Positions 1-13,340 of a stretch of DNA of 64,000 nt are shown here, in pieces. Where the stretch lies: assembly GCA_028534125.1 (NCBI GenBank), contig CM052818.1, positions 4,590,001 to 4,654,000 on the forward strand, in the 5' to 3' direction. This stretch comes from Lama glama (lineage: Eukaryota). Position 1 is the first letter of the stretch, and every line of letters starts with the position of its first letter. The position numbers and the translations under genes are program-made. Below the pieces are notes generated by a model. The model made no database searches. It saw only the letters and a list, made by a program, of their open reading frames with translations, and had not been told where the DNA came from.

Positions 1-539
1 GGGTTCCTCTGAGAATGGAGGAGCGGAGCGGAGGAGGATAAGAAACCAAGCAGGGATGTCATTTCAGGTGAAGCCCCAGCCTCAGCCTGATCACATGGGA
101 GGCTCTGAAGTGTAAGTTACATCACGGAGTTTGTCCTCGCTGATGGCAAGGGAACTGGGCTTTCGTGTACCAACCCTGTCCAGTGCTGGCTCAGGTCACC
201 CAGTCGGGTGATGGTGACGTCAGGGGACATAAATTCCCAGGTGCTTCTGGCTTTTTCTTTCACATCACAGAGCAGCTTCACTAACCTTCAGTTCTGACAA
301 GGTTTACAGGCAGTTAAAAGAAGATGAAGGGGAAAACAAACAAACCACACCATGCCGGGAGTGGCCAGGGGGCAGGTGCACAGAAACCACGTGAGTGCCG
401 AGGAGGTGAGGGGGAGTCTGCGGGGCGTGCTCATTCTAGCTCATTCAGTCCTAACAACAACCTCAGGAGGGGCGTATTACTGTCTCCATCTTACAGGAAA
501 CTGAGGAATCTGCGACACAGAGAGGTTAACAGACTTGCC

Positions 540-1410
540 AATGCTTATTTAGGTCTCCTGCCTATTTTGATATCACCTTGCACTAGTCAGAACGGCCATC
601 ATTAAAAAGTCCACAAATGATAAATGCTGAGGAGGGTGTGGAGAAAAGGGAGCCATCGTACACTGCTGGTGGGAATGTAGTTTGGTGCAGCCACCATGAA
701 AAACAGTATGGAGAGTCCTTAAAAAATTGAAAATAGACTTACCCTATGATCAGCAATCTCACTCCTGGGCATATATCCAGAGGAAGCTCTAATCTGAAAA
801 GACACACGCACCCCAATGTTCACAGCAGCACTATTTACAACAGCCAAGACATGGAAGCAACCTCAATATCCATCGACAGATGGCTGGATAAAGAAGTTGT
901 GGTATATAATACAATAGAATATTACTCATCCATAAAAAAGAATGAATTAATGCCATTTGCAGCAACATGGATGGACCTGGAGATTGTCATTCTAAGTGAA
1001 GTAAGTCAGACAGAGAAAGACAAATACATGATATACTTATATGTGGAATCTAAAAAAAGACACAAACGATCTTATTTACAAAACAGAAAGACTCACAGAC
1101 ATAGGAAACAAACTTATGATTACCAGCAAGGAAAGGGTGCAGGGTGGAGGGATAAATTGGGAGTTCAGGTTTTGCAGATACACACTACTATATATAAAAT
1201 AGATAAACAGCAAGGTCCTACCGTATGGCACAGGGAAATATATGCAATATCTTGTAATAGCTTATAATGAAGAATATGAAAAGGAATGTATGTATGTATA
1301 ACTGAATCACTAAGCTGTATACCAGAAATTAATGCAACATTATAAACTGACTATACTGCAATTAAAAAAAAAGAAACCTAAACAAAAAAAAAACCTAAAC
1401 AAAAACAATC
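540..1410 (+). mobile_element. 5'-truncated LINE-1 (ORF2 C-terminus, 3'UTR, A-rich tail) with a short 5' inverted segment, inserted in a MIR
   Basis: ORF2-end peptide MPFAATWMDLEIVILSEVSQTEKDKY; 3'UTR matches the other L1 copies in the window; A-tail at about 1364-1405; MIR sequence is interrupted near 540 and resumes near 1425. Confidence 0.92.
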
Positions 1411-2193
1411 CCAGACTGACTCGTGGATGGTCACACAGCTAGTAAGCAGCAGACCCAACGTTCAAAACAAGGAGCTCATGCTCTTACCACCCGACTGCAT
1501 AGTGTTCGTTGCTTCCCCAAACCCAGCAGCCTTCATGTGTGTAATCAAGACAATTTGGGGAAGTCAGTGAACAAGATATTGGAGGTTCCGCAGGGTGGTC
1601 TAACGTTCGGTGACATCATAATCTCTTGCCAGTTTGTGCTCCGATTTCAAAGCAATTTCAGGGGCAATTTGGATTTCAGCTATTTTTCTGTCTTAACAGT
1701 CCTTCTGACTGGAGCCATTTAAATCAAAATCAAAAGATCCCACCGCAATTGGTTAATAGCTAAGAAAACAATGGCCAAGGGTGAAAGACTGTTAAAGAAC
1801 TACAAGGCACTGCTGTTGGCAGAATAATTGAGAGGTGGCTATTTGGGTGGGAGACAATGTGATTTGGATTTCTAGTTCAGCAAAATTGCTTAATTGACAA
1901 CACATGCTTCCCAATCGCCATAGATGAATGGGAGGGTGGCTTTTATGTAGGGGATGTGTGGCAGGGGGTAAATGGAAGATGTCTGAATAGGGTGAAGGGA
2001 ATAGATTGCCTTTGAGTCAAATTAATTGCCTTCTAGTTAAAGTCTTCTCATGAATTGCCTCATCCCCTCTGTCATCCCATGTTCATGAGGACAGTGACAC
2101 AAAGTTCCCTCATGGGCAGTGAATCACACTACAACTGTTCCATGTCTAATACAGTCAGTGGTTGAGGGCATTTGAGGGTCAAGACTTAGACCT

Positions 2194-2426
2194 ACAGTGG
2201 TTCTCAACCAGGGACAGTAGCCTTCCTCTTCCCAAGGGTTTTTGGAGATACAGGAGGAATCTTTTGTTGTCACAATGAACAGGCTGTCACAAGGTGAGCA
2301 TATGTGGGCTACTGGAATTTAGTTCCAGGGGACAGTGATACTAAATACCTTGCAATACATAGGACAGGCCCCCTTGAGGAAGAAGTCTCACTCTAAATGC
2401 TAATGACCCCAACATTGAGAAACTCT
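2194..2426. mobile_element. hAT-Charlie non-autonomous DNA transposon (MER20-like)
   Basis: Terminal inverted repeats cagtggttctcaa ... ttgagaaactctg; interior resembles the MER20 copies at 7.4 and 11.2 kb. Confidence 0.6.
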
Positions 2427-2564
2427 GGGAGAAGTGACTTGAAGAAAGTTAATCATCTTCAGTATGAGATGCAATGGCCTCTGAAATGACCTACACTTTT
2501 CCCCCAGAAGTGGTACTTCTGGAAGGCCATGTGTGAAATTAGAGGGAGACTCCATTTGAGTGTG

Positions 2565-3475
2565 AGGGACCTGTGAGCATGATGAGGTTTCACTCCTGTG
2601 ATTAGGTTATAGGTTATATGCCAAGGAGAATTTTGTAGGTTTAAGACCCTTAACTTATCAAAGGGGAGATGATCCTGGGTGGGCCTGACCTACTTAGGTG
2701 AAACCTCTAAAAGGAGGCCTAGAGGTCAGAGATGGAAGAAGGTAGAGACACTTGCTTGTTGGCCTTTGTTATGGACTGAATGTTCATGTCCCATTCCTCC
2801 CCCTCAATGGTATGTTGAAACCTTGACCCTCAACATGATGGTTTTTGGAGATAGGGTCTTTGAGAGATAATTAAAGTTAGATGAGGTCATGAGTGTGGGG
2901 CCCTCATGATGGGAATACTGCCCTTATAAAGAGACACTAGAGAGCTTACTCTCTCTCTGTCTCCCTGAGCATGTGCATGTGCAAAGAAAAGGTCACATGA
3001 GCACACAGGGAGGAAACAGCGGTCTGCAACCCAGAAGGAGAGCTCTCACCAGAACCCGACTCTGCTGGCACCCTGACCTAGGACGTCCAGCCTCCAGAAC
3101 GGTATGAAAAATACATTTCTGTTGTTTAAACCACCCAATCTGTGGTGTTTTGTTATGGTAACCTGAACAGACTCATTTCGCCTTGAACGAGCAAACTGTT
3201 GTGTTGTCAGAGGGCCACGTGGCAGGACTGTCCAGTCTTTAGGAGTTGTGAGCCTCAGTTGCACAGCTGTGCAGGTATGAATTCTGCCAATGACCAGTGA
3301 GCTTGGAAGGGAACCCTGAGCTCCAGATAAAAATGCCACCTTGTGGGACGCTGGGCAGAGAACCCAGCTAAGCCATGCCTAGGCTCCTGACCCAAGGAAC
3401 TGTCAGATGATAAATGGATGTGATTTGAAGCCACTAAGTGTGTGGTGATTTGTCACATAGTGTAGAAAACTGATG
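2565..3475 (+). mobile_element. MaLR LTR (MLT1-type) interrupted by a second MaLR LTR (MLT1A/MST-type, about 2766-3175)
   Basis: Typical MaLR motifs: tgttatggactgaatgtt start, ccagcctccagaac...aaatacatttctgttgtttaaaccaccc end, and gataaatggatg...aagccactaagt for the outer element. Confidence 0.75.
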
Positions 3476-3670
3476 CATTGTGCCTGTTGGAGGTCTGCCT
3501 TTGCTTGGGATAAGACAAGATTTGGGAGGTGAAGGGAACCCATTTTCTCTCCCTTTTCTTCTTTGTGCTACTCAACTGAATTTTTGCACTTGTATGATTC
3601 ATAATATGTTTAATCTCAGGAAAAGTGAGGGGATTCTCAGCATTGGCCTCATCATTAAAAGTCCAGCTAA

Positions 3671-4460
3671 GAGAGGCAGGCTGTGGAGAATAAGGAACCT
3701 TCCTACACTGTTGGTGGAAATGTAGTTTGGTGCAGCCACTATTTAGAAGAGTATGGAGGTTCCTTTAAAAACTAAAAATAGAGCTGCCATATGATCCAGC
3801 AATCTGACTCATGGGCATATATCTGGAGGGAACTCTAATTCGAAAAGATACATACACCCCAATGTTCATAGGAGCACTATTTACAATAGCCAAGACATGG
3901 AAGTAACCTAAATGTCCATCGATAGATGACTGGATAAAGAAGATGTGGTGTATTTATACAATGGAATACTACTCAGCCATGAAAAACAATGAAATAATGC
4001 CATTTGCAGCAACATTAATGGACCTAGAGATTATCATACTAAGTGAAGTAAGTCAGACAGAGAGAGAAAAATATCATATGATATCACTTATATGTGGAAT
4101 CTAAAAAAAATGATAACGAATGAACTTGTATACAAGCTGGCAATAGAATCACAGGCATAGAAAACAAACTATGGTTATCCAAGGGGAAAGGGGTGGGGTA
4201 GGAGGGATAAATTAGGAGTTTGGGATTAACAGATATAAACTACTTTGTGTAAAACAGATAAACCACAAGGACCTACTGTATAGCACAGGGAACTATATTT
4301 AATATCTTGTAATAACCTATAATGGAAAAGGATCTGAAAAAGAATATATTTATATGTATATATATATATTATATATATATATATAAAACTGAATTACTTT
4401 GATTTACACCAGAAACTAACACAAAATTGTAAATCAACTATACTTCAATTTGAAAAAAAA
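3671..4460 (+). mobile_element. 5'-truncated LINE-1 with TSD
   Basis: L1 ORF2 end, 3'UTR and poly(A); TSD aaaagtccagctaa (3657-3670) / aaaggtccagctaa (4459-4472). Confidence 0.93.
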
Positions 4461-6029
4461 AGGTCCAGCTAACCACATGCTCCCTGTGTGATGGCATTTT
4501 GGTGCTGAAGCACTTCGCGTGTTTTCCTCCGAAAGTAGCTTAGGATGGGTTTAAGGAGAACAAACAGCTTTTATCAGCCACGGCTTCAAGGAAGAAGCAG
4601 TGCCTTAGGAGACCAATAATTCCTTTCCGGATAATATTTCCAGTTCTTCCCTCCTGTTGCTGACAGTGGCTCTTTATTTGTTTTCAAACGAATTCTACCA
4701 GTCGGCCTACAGCTGGAAGTGTGTTTGGTCACCGGGAGGTTGTCTGCCCTGCATTCCTCCTGGAGAGATGAAAAGGCTGGGAACTCACCCCGTTACGCTC
4801 AAGTTTCCTGTCTTTCTTGACTCAGCATTAGGCGGAAAGAAAGTGGAGTTTTGATAGGAAAAAAAAATCTCTCTGACTCTCCCTGATTCCAGATTAGAGA
4901 AAGAAAATGCTTCCACCAACTGGGGTCCTGGTGGGTGTGAACGGCGCAGTTTCAAGGAAAACTTGACCTTCTGTCTTCTGCATCGCGTTACACTTGACTC
5001 AGGACTGTTTCGTGCCGCTGTTGGAGTCGCTTTCCCCCCTGACCCAGGTCTTCTCCATAATCCCTCTCTCAAAGCCTCTTCCTTTTCATTATGTGGTCGT
5101 AATTACTTCTCTGTCGAACACCTAACCTAACACCTCTCCGTGCACAGTGCCAAGGTTTGAAACCCTAATAAGCGGACTGCTCACCTTCGAAGCCATTATT
5201 TCAATCATTAGAACCCAGTTTATTCCTTAAGAGGACATTAACATTTGAAAATGTGTCAACCAGAGGAAGAAATTCATCATGATCACGGACCACCTGCCAA
5301 CTGATTAAAATGCAATGTTCCGATTTTCCCGGATTTTTTTCGATGAATCTAACATCTGACATCAGTTTATGTTTCTAAGTCGTCTTAATTCGGTTCCTGG
5401 TAAATTGCTTGTGAAAGTCAGAGGAGTTTGGTTTTTAAACACCAAACTGAGAAAGAAATGCAGCCAGAAGAAGGTGAAGGGACCCACTGAGAGCATCAGG
5501 GCAGAAGGGACAGACTGGTCCTCAGTCCACGAAGCCATTTCCATCCTAGCAGGACTCAGAGCCAACAATGGCCTCTGCATTTGGGCACCTACAACTTTAA
5601 ACAGAAATGAGTCTGGCTGCATGCTGAATTTCTTAGACGACTTCAATGAGATCATCTCTGAAGTTCAATTGGTAAGGAATAAAGGACAGAGTTTTCTCTT
5701 CTGTCTAGCAAAAAGTCACATTTCATCAATAATAGCATTGAAATCACTAGTTGAAAACATCTAGCAAAAAATTATAAGTACAGGTTGGAAAGTAAAGTAT
5801 AAATTCCCAGGGAGCTGGGATACAGGGGTGAATAACACATCAACCCAGAGATTTTCTGGATGGTCTTTGTCATCACTGCTTCTTTCTAAAGCTCAGAGAG
5901 GGAATCAACAAAGTGAGATGGTACAATTAGGGTGACTTTAACCATTCACCTTTTGCAGCTTCTGGGATGTATTTGAAATGAGGAATATTTTTGATTAGAT
6001 TTTCCACAGCTCCTCATCTGTGGATCCAA

Positions 6030-6680
6030 TCTCTTTCCGTATCTAATGCTGCATGACAAACTACCCACATCCTTGTGGCTTGAAACAGTATTTATTTTGC
6101 TTATGAATTTGGGCAGTGGGAACAGTTGGGAAGTCAGCTGGGGTAGTGTGAAGGCTGGGGTTAGAATCATCTGAGGGTCATTCACTCACATATCTGGGGA
6201 TTAGTCCTGGGGAGGCTAAAACAGCCGAGGCTAGCGCAGTTGGGGTTCCTCGGGCATCCTTCTATTTCCAGGTGGCTTCTCTATGTGATCTCTCCATAGC
6301 AGCTCTTCTTGGCAGCTTCAGTGTAGCCAGACTTCTCAAGTGTCAGCTCAGGGCTCCCAAGATGCATGTTCTGGGAGAGAGCTAGGCTTATGGTCAACAA
6401 CACTGTACTATACACTGAGACTTTTAAGAGGATAGATCTCATGTTAAGTGTTCGCATCACAATTAAAATAAAAAAAAAAAAGAGAGAGAGAGAGACAGCG
6501 CCAGGGAGAAGCTGGATCATCATTTATGACCCAGTCTTGGAAGGCATGCTGCACCATTTCCATGCCTTCTGTTTGTTTGATGCGCGTCACTAAGCTGGTC
6601 CTCATCCAAGGGCAATGGAATTCCATGCCACTTTTGATGACATCAGAGAGTCTGCAGACATATTTTTAAAGCGCTGCAAA
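6030..6680 (-). mobile_element. MaLR LTR (MLT1-type) containing a short L1 3'-end insert (about 6385-6490, + strand)
   Basis: gtggcttgaaacagtatttatt and tctgagggtcattcactcacat MLT1 motifs; the insert has the L1 terminal motif gatagatctcatgttaagtgtt followed by poly(A). Confidence 0.65.
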
Positions 6681-7384
6681 TCACCGAAATGTTTTCTAGC
6701 CTCAATGCTGGCATCTCTGCAGGCATAATCGGGGATGAAGAGACACAGGAGCCGTGGCCCCACTCCCATCTAGGGGTGGCTCAGCCTGGATATAAGACAA
6801 AGTAAGATGACAACAGAAGGAAATAACAGTGAAGCACATGTAAGACCGTTATCTCTAAAAGTGATTAAGTATCGAGCAAGACCAAAGACAGAGCTAGGAA
6901 ATCTGAGGATCTTGAGATGATGTCTCTCTGGGATGAGGAGGTCTAGAAGCTGCAATTAGTAGTGTGTTAACAGAACATTTTCACATGGTGTGTAATCACG
7001 TGGTAAGTGCCTTTAATGTACATGCCAGCTTTAGACCTAGCCCCCTGGGATGAAACATGTGGTCCAGGGCATGGGAGGCAGCGCCATGGCATCAAAGGAG
7101 GACAGGGAGTCGGGGGACAAGTTCTTTTCTCTTGTTCTCAGGAGACTGTGTGTCCATGGGTCTGACCAAGTCAGGTGTAGACTCAAAGCCAGCAAATATT
7201 TATCAAAGTGCTTTGCCCCATGCTAGATGTTTTTGCCTACATTTTAGCATTCAGTCCTCAGCACAGCAAACAGATGTGTTAACACGTAATAAGGTTTCAG
7301 ATACTTCATCTTAAGGAAGGATGGAGTAAATACTGCAGGCCAACAGGAAAGCTTTGGGAAGCCTAGTTCCCACTTACCCTAGGG

Positions 7385-7620
7385 CAGTCGTCCTCAACTC
7401 TTGATTGGGGTGATTTTGTACCCTCCCCTGGGGACATTTGGAGACATTTTTGGTTGTCACAACTGTGTGGTTGGAGGGATAAAGGGGGAGATTTCTATGG
7501 GCATCGGGTGGGTAGAGGTCATGGATGCTGCTAAACATTCTAGAATGCACAGGACAGCCCTCCCCACCTCCAGCAAATCATTATCTGGTCCCAAATATCA
7601 AAAAACATGAGAAAACCTGT
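7385..7620 (-). mobile_element. MER20 hAT-Charlie DNA transposon
   Basis: ggagacatttttggttgtcacaactg and ggatgctgctaaacattctagaatgcacaggacagccc match the reverse strand of MER20. Confidence 0.8.
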
Positions 7621-8149
7621 CCTAGAGACTTGAGAGCATCTAAAAAGCAGAATACTATAAATACTCATGGAGACTTACTTCTACATCTACGTATAGACTT
7701 TGTTTATATTTCCTTAGATGTAGCTCAGTGTTTTTCAATGTCTAGTGTGCAAAGAATATCTGTTCATAGATATGTACCTAAGACTATGTGTGATATGCTC
7801 AACGAATGTTTTAAGAATTTTCTCCAGAGTAATTTCCCTGACATTTTTGCCTGCTGTGTTGATCTCAGAGCCTTACTTATGGTTACAGCAGCAGTGGCGG
7901 GTAGCCAGGGCAGAGTTTAGTATCTCCATTTCATTGATGAAGACACTGTGACTTGAAGAGAAGAAAATGACTTGCTTAAGATCCTCACAGCTAGAAAATA
8001 GCTAAGCCCGGGTCTTCAACCCAGATCTGCTTTTTATTCCACTGTTCTTTCAATTCAACTACACATGGATATTCAATAATTTAACTGCCATCTGTGCAGG
8101 CACTGCGTTATGTACTGTATGCACAAAAATGAATAAGACGGTGACCCTG

Positions 8150-10800
8150 CCAGAGTGAGAGAGAAAGATTATTCCAGAATGGCTATTCAACATTGTTTCA
8201 CGTGACCGTGAAATGAGAACAGGATACTATAAAAAGGAACATCCAGAGAACAAGAAAATTCTTTTAGAAATAAAAATGTGATAGTAGGAATAAAAACTTT
8301 ATGCTAGAGTGGTAAAGTTGAGGAAATCTCCCAGAAGACAGAATAAAAAGACAAAGAAATAGAAAAGAGAGGAGAGAAGGAAAGAAAATGAGGGAAGCAC
8401 TTGGAATGTCCGACATCTGACTAATAGAAGTCTCAGAAAATGAGAACAAAGAAAACAGAAGAGAGAAACTTATCAAAGGAATAATATGAGAACCTTCCAG
8501 GTTTTAAAGCTACATGTTTATAAATTAAAATTGTACAACCAGTGCCTAAAAGATGAATTTAAAAATGTCACACCAGGCTTCTCCTGGCCATGGGGGACTG
8601 ACAGAGCCCAGAATTGACTTACGGCCAAAATGACTAGAAGTGGGGCAAATTAGATGAAATGCAAATTATATGAAAAAACTATTTTCAGACATTGGACAAT
8701 GGGGAGAGCAGGACTGTGATCTCTGAGAGAAGGAAGACTAAAGAGGCGAGCCCTGTGATTCCCCAGGTTTACGCCTGGATGTGATTTCTGGACTGAAGCA
8801 CACAGAGGAGATCCCGCATAGAGACTGAGTGGCCTTGTTGATTACACAGGTCAGTCAGTAGAGATGCCAGAAGGGCGATGTATTCAGATTAGATCTAAAT
8901 TGACCCTTGAGTAAGATCTACTCTAGATCTGCCCTAAACAGGTCAAAACAAGTCTCAAATGGTTCAGACTAATTCAAAAATAACGTAAGTGCCTTCTAGA
9001 ACAAAATCCAACACTCTTAAAAGGAATAAAACAAAACTCAGGACTTAACAGTGTAGAATTCACAATGCTTGGCTTCCAATCAAAAAATTGCTAGACATAT
9101 GAAGAAGCAGGAGGATGCTATAACCTATAGCCAGGAGAAGAGGTCACACTAAGGCATGTCATAGTGACATGTTAGAACACTGGGAATGAATAAAAGATCC
9201 TAAAGTTCCCAGGGAAAAGATAAAAGCAGTACTGGGAATAAAATTCCTTAAAAAACTAAAAATAGAGTTACTGTATGATCCCGCAATCCCACTCCTGGGC
9301 ATATATCTGGAAAAGAGGAAAACTCTAATTTGAAAAGATACATGCACCCCAATTTCATAGCAGCAATATTTACAGTAGCCAAGACATGGAAACAATCTAA
9401 GTGTCCATCAACAGATGACTGGATATATAAACACAATGGAATACTATTCAGCCACAAAAAATGAAATATTGCCATTTGCAGCAACATGGATGGACCGAGA
9501 GATCATCATACTAAGTGAAGTAAGTCAGATGGAGCAAGACAAATATCAGATGGTATCACTTATATGTAGACTCTAAAAAAATGACACAAATGAAGTTATT
9601 TACAAAACAGAAACAGACTCATAGACATAGGAAACAAACTTATGGTTACCAAAGGGAAAAAGTGGGGAAGGGATAAATTGGGAGCTTGGGACTAGCAGTT
9701 ACAAACTCCTATATATAAAATAGATAAACAACAAGGTCCTGCTGTGTAGCACAGGGAACTATATTCAATATCTTGTAATAACCTATAATGAAAAGGAAAT
9801 GAAAAAGAATATATATAAATGTATAGTGGAATCCCTATGCTGTACATCAGGAACTAATACAACATTGTAAATCAACTATACCTGAAGAAAAAAAAAAGAA
9901 AAATGAAAATACAAAAGACCCCCCACTGATCAAAGAATGCATTCAGATTTTTCTGAGTAATATCAGCGACTGAAGCAACATATTCAAACTTTAGATGGAA
10001 AGTGATACCCAGACTAAAACTTAAATTCAGACAAAATATTTAACAAAGGTGTGAGTAAAAGACATTTTTTTCAGATATGTAAGTTCTCAAAAAATTTATC
10101 TCCGTGTACCATTTCTTAGATGCTCCCCCACAGGTAGGGAGTAAATTAAGAAAGAGGAAGATTTGAGATCCTGGAAACAGAATCCAATACAAAGCGGAAT
10201 AACCCCCAGGATGATGTTGGAGAGGGATTCCAGGATGGCCCCCGGGCAGCTGGCCTGGAGAGCAGCCCGTCCAGACTGCAGCATGTCAGAGAGACTTCTT
10301 TAGGAAGATGGAACTGAAAGAAGACGTCATAGCTGTGAATGCATTGAAAAATTTACCCAGCTAGGGGAAGCTAAGGGTGGATTTGATATAACTCCGTAGA
10401 GAACTACACAAATGAAAAAAGGAGACAATTATTAACTCCAGGAAAGACAGAAAGTTCAGCAAAGGAAAAGTAATTGACATGTATACCCGATTAATTAGGT
10501 GAATATTATTTATAAGCATTGAATAGTGATCCACTTGAAATTATTAAACAACTCGTTGAGAGGATAGGGGATTGAAAATGTGTGTTTACATGGTGTTGGG
10601 TAAGAGGCGGAGAGTGCGGGTGATAAAAAAAAAAGCTAAAGCCTCATCTTAGGTAGTTGGAAGTCACTAGAAAACTCTAAACTTGAAAAATCAAGTAGTA
10701 TTATTGCATAAGCTTGTTATTTAGAGATGTGGAGACAAAGGGCAAATAATCCAGTAAAAGATTTAGACGAGTCTGCTTCTGAAGCAGAAGCAGCAGAAGG
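8150..10800 (+). mobile_element. Ancient L1M/HAL1-like relic (decayed ORF1-type region and 3' region) interrupted by other L1 pieces
   Basis: A-rich + strand with decayed ORF1-like segments; segments are collinear with the similar element at 29.4-32.3 kb. Confidence 0.5.
9245..9910 (+). mobile_element. 5'-truncated young LINE-1
   Basis: Same ORF2-end and 3'UTR sequence as the copies at 3.7, 18 and 54 kb; A-rich tail at about 9885-9910. Confidence 0.92.
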
Positions 10801-10824
10801 TCTGGTCTTCAAAGGAGAAGGGCT

Positions 10825-10954
10825 CAGGGGGAGGGTGTAGCTCAAGTGGTAGAGCGCATGCTCAGCATGCACAAGGTCCTGGGTTCAATCCCCAGTACCT
10901 CCAATAAATAAATAAACAAACCGATTACCTCCCCTCTCCAAGCAAACAAACAAA
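10825..10954 (+). mobile_element. tRNA-Ala-derived camelid SINE (vic-1 type)
   Basis: Head ggggagggtgtagctcaagtggtagagcgcatgc...ggttcaatccccagtacctcc with A and B boxes; A-rich tail; TSD caaaggagaagggct / caaaggagcagggct. Confidence 0.9.
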
Positions 10955-11242
10955 CAAAGGAGCAGGGCTTCTTGGCCATGAAGGCAGAGCAGTAACTGTC
11001 TGGAATGTAAGGCGAGGAAAGAAAGGGAAAGATTCTACTCTTTTACTGAGTGGCAGTGATGCTAAGCCGTCGGCTGTGTAGAGGTTCTCATCTCATTTGC
11101 TCCTCCCAAGGATTCAGTAAGGCAAGTAGGACACTTTCTAGTTTAAAGAAGAGGAATTGAAGCTTGGATAGGTTAGACTGAAACAAGGGTAGGATTCAAA
11201 TCCAGGATATTTGACCTCAAAGGCCCCCTGCTTTCCTTTAAC

Positions 11243-11456
11243 CAGAGTTTCTCAACCTCGGCACGGCTGACATTTAGGACCAGGAAGTCTTTGCTGGGAA
11301 GGCTGTCTTGTGCACTGCTGGCTGATTAACAGCAGCCCTGGCCTCTACCCACTGGATACCAGTACCATTCCCCACCCAGCTGTGACAACCAGCAGCGTTT
11401 CCGGACATTGCCAAGTGTCCCTTGGGGGGCAAAACTGTCCCAGCTGAGAACCAGTG
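11243..11456 (+). mobile_element. MER20 hAT-Charlie DNA transposon, near full length
   Basis: TIRs cagagtttctcaacct ... gctgagaaccagtg; interior cctggcctctacccactggat and tgtgacaacc are typical of MER20. Confidence 0.88.
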
Positions 11457-12892
11457 CTCTAAGCCATACAGTTGAGCTAATTCAAATTCGCGGTGCCTAA
11501 AAAATCCATCCCCCTGCAATTGGGAAGCAGCAGGCCCTTACGTTTTCACATGCTTTCGTGTGTTTTAAAAACTGTAGTGCTCGCATGCATAAGCTCTCAA
11601 GTCCAGGAGGAGACAGTAAATGGCTTGTCATATAATGTAATTTTTTGGTGTCACTGGCTTATGGAAATGCTTCTGCATTTGGAATGCCCTTCCAGGAGTC
11701 AGTTGCAGAATCAGACGGAACTTCTAATATTAAATAAAGAGAAAAGGTGGAAAATTGCAAAATGGTCAGCTCTGCCTGACACAGTCTAGGCAGAATCAAA
11801 GCGGGGAGGGTCTCTACCATAACTGTCCCCAAGAGCCATTTGGCGCGGGCACAAAGTTCTGTTTCTGAGTGCAGTTGGGATGCCATTATTACGTGGGGGG
11901 AAGGCTTAGTTAGCAAGGCCTGGGTGAACAGAGCCTGGAGAGGGACTTGGCAGAGCCCCTGCTGACTTCATCCCGCCTGCCAGTCTGAGCCGATTTGTAA
12001 GGCGGTGTTTGGTGCCAGGGACCGGGTGGGAAAGGGGAAGTGCATTCAGACAAAAGAATGCCCCTGAAGTGTCTGAAAAGAGGCTTTTAGCACCATTCTT
12101 TCAGTGCTCTCAACCAGACGGAAGGTGGAAACATTTAAAAAGCATCCACAACCACTTTGGAGAATGATTTAGTGTAGCCAACACAGTGATATTATCACAT
12201 CTATTTGTTGGACAAAGGACTTCATTGTATCACCGAATAAAACATGTTCCTCCTTCTAGTTCGTGCTTTGTGACGTGTCTTCAAAAATGAGCTGACAAAG
12301 GAGCAGCCTGGAAACTTGGCATAAGTTGTTTTTAGACAAGCGCCTTCTAAAATATCTGATTGAAAGGGTTTTCAGACTGTTTTCCTGGCCTGCTGTGCAA
12401 TTTGCAAACAATCCCCCTTTTTTTGGTTGCCTGGGGGTGAGGGACTGATGAAAGTATTCGAAACTCATTTCTGACATTTATAGACAAACCTCTTCCAAGC
12501 TCATTAGCTTCCAGCATGCGTAGTGACTGAGCGCTTTTGCCGTTAATGACGGCATTCACATCAGGACCCCCAAATATCCTAGAAGGTCCAGTTCTGGGGT
12601 GGTTGCCTGCTCCTCCTCCCTCCCTCCCATTCAGGATCCCTCAAGGACACCTTCCTGTGTTCTGGTGAATTCTAGTGGTTAAAGCCTTTATCTTCAGAGT
12701 TCCATCGGATTCTCAGATTTCCTCTGAGTTGAAACACTCTATAGGGTCTGAAGATGGAATTAATTCTCCTCAGTAAAAATCTGGTCAAGAAATCCTCCCC
12801 AGCCAAGAAATCCAGGGTCACGATGTAAGGCCAGTTTCCCATGAGTGTAAAACCGCCCAGCTTATCTCAAAGGGTGAGTCCATTTACATAAC

Positions 12893-13340
12893 ATTCTCCA
12901 AATGACAAAATGATAGAGATGGGGAGTGGATCAGTGGTTGCCAGGGATTAGGTAAGGGAAGAAGGGTGTGACTGTGAAAGAATAGTGTAGAGAATTCCTT
13001 TGTAGTGACAGAGCAGGTCTAAATCTTGATAGCAGTGGTGGTTACACAAGTCTACACACTACACACGGAGTGAAATGTCACGGGATTATACAAGGATATA
13101 GATTTCATGCAAAAGTTGGAGAAATCTGAAGGTCTGTTGTCTTGTTAATTGCAGGGTACCGATGCTGATTTCCTCATTTTGATAACGTGTTACATATACA
13201 TAGATAAGGTGTCATTTTGATAACGTGTTATATATACATAGATAAGGTGTCGGTACAAGCTGGGTGATGGGTACACAGAACCTCCTCATACTCTTTTCAC
13301 AACTTGTGAGTCTGTAATTATTTAAAAATAAAAAGTTAAA
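12893..13340 (+). mobile_element. Old L1M (L1MC-like) 3' end
   Basis: aaatgacaaaatgatagagatgg...atcagtggttgccaggg and terminal gtgagtctgtaattatttaaaaataaaaag. Confidence 0.7.
13174..13251. repeat. 38-bp tandem duplication
   Basis: tcattttgataacgtgttaYatatacatagataaggtg twice, one mismatch. Confidence 0.95.

Noticed and set aside
746..1267. 173-aa ORF and similar ORFs at 9159-9487, 24609-24812, 49166-49632, 54295-54543 and 61215-62318
   Set aside because: All lie in decayed L1 ORF2 ends or 3'UTRs, sense or antisense; they are not host genes.
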